DNA from: Auanema rhodensis | Lineage: Eukaryota > Animalia > Nematoda | Assembly (NCBI GenBank): GCA_964057225.1 | Contig: CAXKVF010000089.1 | Span: 62,001-126,000, forward strand | Direction: 5' to 3' | DNA: 64,000 nt | Part shown: positions 54,737 to 64,000 of the stretch, piece after piece | Layout: each line of letters begins with the position of its first letter | Position numbering within the stretch: the first letter of the stretch is position 1 | The notes under the pieces: model-generated | Told to the model about the DNA's origin: nothing | Databases searched by the model: none | Seen by the model: only the letters and a program-made list of their open reading frames with translations | Made by a program: the position numbers and the translations under genes

Positions 54737-57700
54737 TATGGACATGGGGAATCTAATTTTGAAAACCGCATCTCTTTATCTTTCACGTGAAGCGAGTTAC
54801 ATACCAAGTGCACATCACGTGTACATTTAATTAGCATAAATTAAAGTTCACGTAAATTTCAAAGTCATGGTTACCATGAACCAATATCAATAAAAATTTG
54901 TTTTTAGACTAATATGGACATGGGGAATCTAATTTTGAAAACCGCATCTCTTTATCTTTCACGTGAAGCGAGTTACATACCAAGTGCACATCACGTGTAC
55001 ATTTAATTAGCATAAATTAAAGTTCACGTAAATTTCAAAGTCATGGTTACCATGCACCAATATCAATAAAAATTTGTTTTTAGACTAATATGGACATGGG
55101 GAATCTAATTTTGAAAACCGCATCTCTTTATCTTTCACGTGAAGCGAGTTACATACCAAGTGCACATCACGTGTACATTTAATTAGCATAAATTAAAGTT
55201 CACGTAAATTTCAAAGTCATGGTTACCATGCACCAATATCAATAAAAATTTGTTTTTAGACTAATATGGACATGGGGAATCTAATTTTGAAAACCGCATC
55301 TCTTTATCTTTCACGTGAAGCGAGTTACATACCAAGTGCACATCACGTGTACATTTAATTAGCATAAATTAAAGTTCACGTAAATTTCAAAGTCATGGTT
55401 ACCATGCACCAATATCAATAAAAATTTGTTTTCAGACTAATATGGACATGGGGAATCTAATTTTGAAAACCGCATCTCTTTATCTTTCACGTGAAGCGAG
55501 TTACATACCAAGTGCACATCACGTGTACATTTAATTAGCATAAATTAAAGTTCACGTAAATTTCAAAGTCATGGTTACCATAAACCAATATCAATAAAAA
55601 TTTGTTTTTAGACTAATATGGACATGGGGAATCTAATTTTGAAAACCGCATCTCTTTATCTTTCACGTGAAGCGAGTTACATACCAAGTGCACATCACGT
55701 GTACATTTAATTAGCATAAATTAAAGTTCACGTAAATTTCAAAGTCATGGTTACCATGAAGCAATATCAATAAAAATTTGTTTTTAGACTAATATGGACA
55801 TGGGGAATCTAATTTTGAAAACCGCATCTCTTTATCTTTCACGTGAAGCGAGTTACATACCAAGTGCACATCACGTGTACATTTAATTAGCATAAATTAA
55901 AGTTCACGTAAATTTCAATGTCATGGTTACCATGCACCAATATCAATAAAAATTTGTTTTTAGACTAATATGGACATGGGGAATCTAATTTTGAAAACCG
56001 CATCTCTTTATCTTTCACGTGAAGCGAGTTACATACCAAATGCACATCACGTGTACATTTAATTAGCATAAATTAAAGTTCACGTAAATTTCAAAGTCAT
56101 GGTTACCATGCACCAATATCAATAAAAATTTGTTTTTAGACTAATATGGACATGGGGAATCTAATTTTGAAAACCGCATCTCTTTATCTTTCACGTGAAG
56201 CGAGTTACATACCAAGTGCACATCACGTGTACATTTAATTAGCATAAATTAAAGTTCACGTAAATTTCAAAGTCATGGTTACCATGAACCAATATCAATA
56301 AAAATTTGTTTTTAGACTAATATGGACATGGGGAATCTAATTTTGAAAACCGCATCTCTTTATCTTTCACGTGAAGCGAGTTACATACCAAGTGCACATC
56401 ACGTGTACATTTAATTAGCATAAATTAAAGATCACGTAAACTTCAAAGTCATGGTTACCATGAAGCAATATCAATAAAAATTTGTTTTTAGACTAATATG
56501 GACATGGGGAATCTAATTTTGAAAACCGCATCTCTTTATCTTTCACGTGAAGCGAGTTACATACCAAGTGCACATCACGTGTACATTTAATTAGCATAAA
56601 TTAGAGTTCACGTAAATTTCAAAGTCATGGTTACCATGAACCAATATCAATAAAAATTTGTTTTTAGACTAATATGGACATGGGGAATCTAATTTTGAAA
56701 ACCGCATCTCTTTATCTTTCACGTGAAGCGAGTTACATACCAAGTGCACATCACGTGTACATTTAATTAGCATAAATTAAAGTTCACGTAAATTTCAAAG
56801 TCATGGTTACCATGCACCAATATCAATAAAAATTTGTTTTTAGACTAATATGGACATGGGGAATCTAATTTTGAAAACCGCATCTCTTTATCTTTCACGT
56901 GAAGCGAGTTACATACCAAGTGCACATCACGTGTACATTTAATTAGCATAAATTAAAGTTCACGTAAATTTCAAAGTCATGGTTACCATGAACCAATATC
57001 AATAAAAATTTGTTTTTAGACTAATATGGACATGGGGAATCTAATTTTGAAAACCGCATCTCTTTATCTTTCACGTGAAGCGAGTTACATACCAAGTGCA
57101 CATCACGTGTACATTTAATTAGCATAAATTAAAGTTCACGTAAATTTCAAAGTCATGGTTACCATGAACCAATATCAATAAAAATTTGTTTTTAGACTAA
57201 TATGGACATGGGGAATCTAATTTTGAAAACCGCATCTCTTTATCTTTCACGTGAAGCGAGTTACATACCAAGTGCACATCACGTGTACATTTAATTAGCA
57301 TAAATTAAAGTTCACGTAAATTTCAAAGTCATGGTTACCATGAAGCAATATCAATAAAAATTTGTTTTTAGACTAATATGGACATGGGGAATCTAATTTT
57401 GAAAACCGCATCTCTTTATCTTTCACGTGAAGCGAGTTACATACCAAGTGCACATCACGTGTACATTTAATTAGCATAAATTAAAGTTCACGTAAATTTC
57501 AAAGTCATGGTTACCATGCACCAATATCAATAAAAATTTGTTTTTAGACTAATATGGACATGGGGAATCTAATTTTGAAAACCGCATCTCTTTATCTTTC
57601 ACGTGAAGCGAGTTACATACCAAGTGCACATCACGTGTACATTTAATTAGCATAAATTAAAGTTCACGTAAATTTCAAAGTCATGGTTACCATGAACTAA

Positions 57701-60368
57701 TATCAATAAAAATTTGTTTTTAGACTAATATGGACATGGGGAATCTAATTTTGAAAACCGCATCTCTTTATCTTTCACGTGAAGCGAGTTACATACCAAG
57801 TGCACATCACGTGTACATTTAATTAGCATAAATTAAAGTTCACGTAAATTTCAAAGTCATGGTTACCATGAACCAATATCAATAAAAATTCGTTTTTAGA
57901 CTAATATGGACATGGGGAATCTAATTTTGAAAACCGCATCTCTTTATCTTTCACGTGAAGCGAGTTACATACCAAGTGCACATCACGTGTACATTTAATT
58001 AGCATAAATTAAAGTTCACGTAAATTTCAAAGTCATGGTTACCATGAACCAATATCAATAAAAATTTGTTTTTAGACTAATATGGACATGGGGAATCTAA
58101 TTTTGAAAACCGCATCTCTTTATCTTTCACGTGAAGCGAGTTACATACCAAGTGCACATCACGTGTACATTTAATTAGCATAAATTAAAGTTCACGTAAA
58201 TTTCAAAGTCATGGTTACCATGAACCAATATCAATAAAAATTTGTTTTTAGACTAATATGGACATGGGGAATCTAATTTTGAAAACCGCATCTCTTTATC
58301 TTTCACGTGAAGCGAGTTACATACCAAGTGCACATCACGTGTACATTTAATTAGCATAAATTAAAGTTCACGTAAACTTCAAAGTCATGGTTACCATGAA
58401 GCAATATCAATAAAAATTTGTTTTTAAACTAATATGGACATGGGGAATCTAATTTTGAAAACCGCATCTCTTTATCTTTCACGTGAAGCGAGTTACATAC
58501 CAAGTGCACATCACGTGTACATTTAATTAGCATAAATTAAAGTTCACGTAAATTTCAAAGTCATGGTTACCATGAACCAATATCAATAAAAATTTGTTTT
58601 TAGACTAATATGGACATGGGGAATCTAATTTTGAAAACCGCATCTCTTTATCTTTCACGTGAAGCGAGTTACATACCAAGTGCACATCACGTGTACATTT
58701 AATTAGCATAAATTAAAGTTCACGTAAATTTCAAAGTCATGGTTACCATGCACCAATATCAATAAAAATTTGTTTTTAGACTAATATGGACATGGGGAAT
58801 CTAATTTTGAAAACCGCATCTCTTTATCTTTCACGTGAAGCGAGTTACATACCAAGTGCACATCACGTGTACATTTAATTAGCATAAATTAAAGTTCACG
58901 TAAATTTCAAAGTCATGGTTACCATGCACCAATATCAATAAAAATTTGTTTTTAGACTAATATGGACATGGGGAATCTAATTTTGAAAACCGCATCTCTT
59001 TATCTTTCACGTGAAGCGAGTTACATACCAAGTGCACATCACGTGTACATTTAATTAGCATAAATTAAAGTTCACGTAAATTTCAAAGTCATGGTTACCA
59101 TGCACCAATATCAATAAAAATTTGTTTTCAGACTAATATGGACATGGGGAATCTAATTTTGAAAACCGCATCTCTTTATCTTTCACGTGAAGCGAGTTAC
59201 ATACCAAGTGCACATCACGTGTACATTTAATTAGCATAAATTAAAGTTCACGTAAATTTCAAAGTCATGGTTACCATGAACCAATATCAATAAAAATTTG
59301 TTTTTAGACTAATATGGACATGGGGAATCTAATTTTGAAAACCGCATCTCTTTATCTTTCACGTGAAGCGAGTTACATACCAAGTGCACATCACGTGTAC
59401 ATTTAATTAGCATAAATTAAAGTTCACGTAAATTTCAAAGTCATGGTTACCATGAAGCAATATCAATAAAAATTTGTTTTTAGACTAATATGGACATGGG
59501 GAATCTAATTTTGAAAACCGCATCTCTTTATCTTTCACGTGAAGCGAGTTACATACCAAGTGCACATCACGTGTACATTTAATTAGCATAAATTAAAGTT
59601 CACGTAAATTTCAAAGTCATGGTTACCATGCACCAATATCAATAAAAATTTGTTTTTAGACTAATATGGACATGGGGAATCTAATTTTGAAAACCGCATC
59701 TCTTTATCTTTCACGTGAAGCGAGTTACATACCAAGTGCACATCACGTGTACATTTAATTAGCATAAATTAAAGTTCACGTAAATTTCAAAGTCATGGTT
59801 ACCATGCACCAATATCAATAAAAATTTGTTTTTAGACTAATATGGACATGGGGAATCTAATTTTGAAAACCGCATCTCTTTATCTTTCACGTGAAGCGAG
59901 TTACATACCAAGTGCACATCACGTGTACATTTAATTAGCATAAATTAAAGTTCACGTAAATTTCAAAGTCATGGTTACCATGAACCAATATCAATAAAAA
60001 TTTGTTTTTAGACTAATATGGACATGGGGAATCTAATTTTGAAAACCGCATCTCTTTATCTTTCACGTGAAGCGAGTTACATACCAAGTGCACATCACGT
60101 GTACATTTAATTAGCATAAATTAAAGATCACGTAAACTTCAAAGTCATGGTTACCATGAAGCAATATCAATAAAAATTTGTTTTTAGACTAATATGGACA
60201 TGGGGAATCTAATTTTGAAAACCGCATCTCTTTATCTTTCACGTGAAGCGAGTTACATACCAAGTGCACATCACGTGTACATTTAATTAGCATAAATTAA
60301 AGTTCACGTAAATTTCAAAGTCATGGTTACCATGAACCAATATCAATAAAAATTTGTTTTTAGACTAA
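54737..60368 (+). repeat. Older duplication at +21 monomers (M312-322 vs M333-343)
   Basis: C169 at 55433/59129, A111+C121 at 56431/60127 and the same allele order at 143-145. The left copy has four private substitutions (A142, T127, A72, G108). Confidence 0.72.
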
Positions 60369-63008
60369 TATGGACATGGGGAATCTAATTTTGAAAACCG
60401 CATCTCTTTATCTTTCACGTGAAGCGAGCTACATACCAAGTGCACATCACGTGTACATTTAATTAGCATAAATTAAAGATCACGTAAACTTCAAAGTCAT
60501 GGTTACCATGAAGCAATATCAATAAAAATTTGTTTTTAGACTAATATGGACATGGGGAATCTAATTTTGAAAACCGCATCTCTTTATCTTTCACGTGAAG
60601 CGAGTTACATACCAAGTGCACATCACGTGTACATTTAATTAGCATAAATTAAAGTTCACGTAAATTTCAAAGTCATGGTTACCATGAACCAATATCAATA
60701 AAAATTTGTTTTTAGACTAATATGGACATGGGGAATCTAATTTTGAAAACCGCATCTCTTTATCTTTCACGTGAAGCGAGTTACATACCAAGTGCACATC
60801 ACGTGTACATTTAATTAGCATAAATTAAAGTTCACGTAAATTTCAAAGTCATGGTTACCATGCACCAATATCAATAAAAATTTGTTTTTAGACTAATATG
60901 GACATGGGGAATCTAATTTTGAAAACCGCATCTCTTTATCTTTCACGTGAAGCGAGTTACATACCAAGTGCACATCACGTGTACATTTAATTAGCATAAA
61001 TTAAAGTTCACGTAAATTTCAAAGTCATGGTTACCATGCACCAATATCAATAAAAATTTGTTTTTAGACTAATATGGACATGGGGAATCTAATTTTGAAA
61101 ACCGCATCTCTTTATCTTTCACGTGAAGCGAGTTACATACCAAGTGCACATCACGTGTACAATTAATTAGCATAAATTAAAGTTCACGTAAATTTCAAAG
61201 TCATGGTTACCATGAACCAATATCAATAAAAATTTGTTTTTAGACTAATATGGACATGGGGAATCTAATTTTGAAAACCGCATCTCTTTATCTTTCACGT
61301 GAAGCGAGTTACATACCAAGTGCACATCACGTGTACATTTAATTAGCATAAATTAAAGTTCACGTAAATTTCAAAGTCATGGTTACCATGAAGCAATATC
61401 AATAAAAATTTGTTTTTAGACTAATATGGACATGGGGAATCTAATTTTGAAAACCGCATCTCTTTATCTTTCACGTGAAGCGAATAACATACCAAGTGCA
61501 CATCACGTGTACATTTAATTAGCATAAATTAAAGTTCACGTAAATTTCAAAGTCATGGTTACCATGAAGCAATATCAATAAAAATTTGTTTTTAGACTAA
61601 TATGGACATGGGGAATCTAATTTTGAAAACCGCATCTCTTTATCTTTCACGTGAAGCGAGTTACATACCAAGTGCACATCACGTGTACATTTAATTAGCA
61701 TAAATTAAAGTTCACGTAAATTTCAAAGTCATGGTTACCATGCACCAATATCAATAAAAATTTGTTTTTAGACTAATATGGACATGGGGAATCTAATTTT
61801 GAAAACCGCATCTCTTTATCTTTCACGTGAAGCGAGTTACATACCAAGTGCACATCACGTGTACATTTAATTAGCATAAATTAAAGTTCACGTAAATTTC
61901 AAAGTCATGGTTACCATGCACCAATATCAATAAAAATTTGTTTTTAGACTAATATGGACATGGGGAATCTAATTTTGAAAACCGCATCTCTTTATCTTTC
62001 ACGTGAAGCGAGTTACATACCAAGTGCACATCACGTGTACATTTAATTAGCATAAATTAAAGTTCACGTAAATTTCAAAGTCATGGTTACCATGAACCAA
62101 TATCAATAAAAATTTGTTTTTAGACTAATATGGACATGGGGAATCTAATTTTGAAAACCGCATCTCTTTATCTTTCACGTGAAGCGAGTTACATACCAAG
62201 TGCACATCACGTGTACATTTAATTAGCATAAATTAAAGATCACGTAAACTTCAAAGTCATGGTTACCATGAAGCAATATCAATAAAAATTTGTTTTTAGA
62301 CTAATATGGACATGGGGAATCTAATTTTGAAAACCGCATCTCTTTATCTTTCACGTGAAGCGAGTTACATACCAAGTGCACATCACGTGTACATTTAATT
62401 AGCATAAATTAAAGTTCACGTAAATTTCAAAGTCATGGTTACCATGAACCAATATCAATAAAAATTTGTTTTTAGACTAATATGGACATGGGGAATCTAA
62501 TTTTGAAAACCGCATCTCTTTATCTTTCACGTGAAGCGAGCTACATACCAAGTGCACATCACGTGTACATTTAATTAGCATAAATTAAAGATCACGTAAA
62601 CTTCAAAGTCATGGTTACCATGAACTAATATCAATAAAAATTTGTTTTTAGACTAATATGGACATGGGGAATCTAATTTTGAAAACCGCATCTCTTTATC
62701 TTTCACGTGAAGCGAGTTACATACCAAGTGCACATCACGTGTACATTTAATTAGCATAAATTAAAGTTCACGTAAATTTCAAAGTCATGGTTACCATGAA
62801 CCAATATCAATAAAAATTTGTTTTTAGACTAATATGGACATGGGGAATCTAATTTTGAAAACCGCATCTCTTTATCTTTCACGTGAAGCGAGTTACATAC
62901 CAAGTGCACATCACGTGTACATTTAATTAGCATAAATTAAAGTTCACGTAAATTTCAAAGTCATGGTTACCATGCACCAATATCAATAAAAATTTGTTTT
63001 TAGACTAA
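59313..63008 (+). repeat. Duplication at +12 monomers (2112 bp; M338-346 vs M350-358)
   Basis: A111+C121 in M342/M344 and M354/M356; C61 at 60429/62541. Confidence 0.75.
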
Positions 63009-64000
63009 TATGGACATGGGGAATCTAATTTTGAAAACCGCATCTCTTTATCTTTCACGTGAAGCGAGTTACATACCAAGTGCACATCACGTGTACATTT
63101 AATTAGCATAAATTAAAGTTCACGTAAATTTCAAAGTCATGGTTACCATGAACCAATATCAATAAAAATTTGTTTTTAGACTAATATGGACATGGGGAAT
63201 CTAATTTTGAAAACCGCATCTCTTTATCTTTCACGTGAAGCGAGTTACATACCAAGTGCACATCACGTGTACATTTAATTAGCATAAATTAAAGTTCACG
63301 TAAATTTCAAAGTCATGGTTACCATGAACCAATATCAATAAAAATTTGTTTTTAGACTAATATGGACATGGGGAATCTAATTTTGAAAACCGCATCTCTT
63401 TATCTTTCACGTGAAGCGAGTTACATACCAAGTGCACATCACGTGTACATTTAATTAGCATAAATTAAAGTTCACGTAAATTTCAAAGTCATGGTTACCA
63501 TGAAGCAATATCAATAAAAATTTGTTTTTAGACTAATATGGACATGGGGAATCTAATTTTGAAAACCGCATCTCTTTATCTTTCACGTGAAGCGAGTTAC
63601 ATACCAAGTGCACATCACGTGTACATTTAATTAGCATAAATTAAAGTTCACGTAAATTTCAAAGTCATGGTTACCATGCACCAATATCAATAAAAATTTG
63701 TTTTTAGACTAATATGGACATGGGGAATCTAATTTTGAAAACCGCATCTCTTTATCTTTCACGTGAAGCGAGTTACATACCAAGTGCACATCACGTGTAC
63801 ATTTAATTAGCATAAATTAAAGTTCACGTAAATTTCAAAGTCATGGTTACCATGAACCAATATCAATAAAAATTTGTTTTTAGACTAATATGGACATGGG
63901 GAATCTAATTTTGAAAACCGCATCTCTTTATCTTTCACGTGAAGCGAGTTACATACCAAGTGCACATCACGTGTACATTTAATTAGCATAAATTAAAGTT

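Larger units (their letters stand above)
1..64000 (+). repeat. 176-bp tandem satellite DNA array (~363.6 monomers), candidate centromeric/pericentromeric satellite
   Basis: TATGGACATG recurs at 1, 177, 353 and onward; register is exact at 2641 (15x176+1), 63361 (360x176+1) and 63889 (363x176+1). Copies are >97% identical to consensus, in one orientation, with 56/176 G+C. The centromeric role is inferred only from length, homogeneity and organisation. Confidence 0.99.
51041..64000 (+). repeat. Variant domain IV (M291-364), mostly near-consensus monomers
   Basis: Domain III markers essentially vanish; new markers are T36, C121, A111, C169, A171 and C61, plus many singletons. Confidence 0.78.

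Noticed and set aside
1-64000. CRISPR array or other prokaryotic repeat-spacer system
   Set aside because: There are no unique spacers: the full 176 bp is repeated. No cas or other genes are present.
1-64000. Order of AAC/CAC/AAG alleles as an information-bearing code
   Set aside because: The order is accounted for by nested tandem duplications shared with flanking markers; nothing in the sequence indicates a reading mechanism.

Overview
The whole 64-kb window is one uninterrupted head-to-tail array of a 176-bp, AT-rich (about 32% GC) satellite monomer: 363 complete copies plus 112 bp of a 364th, all in one orientation. Consensus: TATGGACATGGGGAATCTAATTTTGAAAACCGCATCTCTTTATCTTTCACGTGAAGCGAGTTACATACCAAGTGCACATCACGTGTACATTTAATTAGCATAAATTAAAGTTCACGTAAATTTCAAAGTCATGGTTACCATG(A/C)A(C/G)CAATATCAATAAAAATTTGTTTTTAGACTAA. 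Monomer n (Mn) starts at 176(n-1)+1, and variants are written as new base + monomer position (e.g. G120). I see no genes, RNA genes, transposons, CRISPR arrays, inversions or indels. Most copies differ from consensus at 0-2 sites, and at most about 5. The nucleosome-scale length, homogeneity and multi-monomer duplications fit a eukaryotic centromeric or pericentromeric satellite, but that is inference and I do not recognise the family or species. The roughly 80 distinct substitutions I catalogued by eye (counts approximate) show four successive variant domains, local higher-order-repeat-like duplications of 2-26 monomers, chimeric monomers, one apparently imported patch, a single array-wide multi-allelic site and no CpG hypermutability. 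The monomer is dense in dyads and carries three evenly spaced TCACGT cores, one matching the CDEI/E-box consensus.
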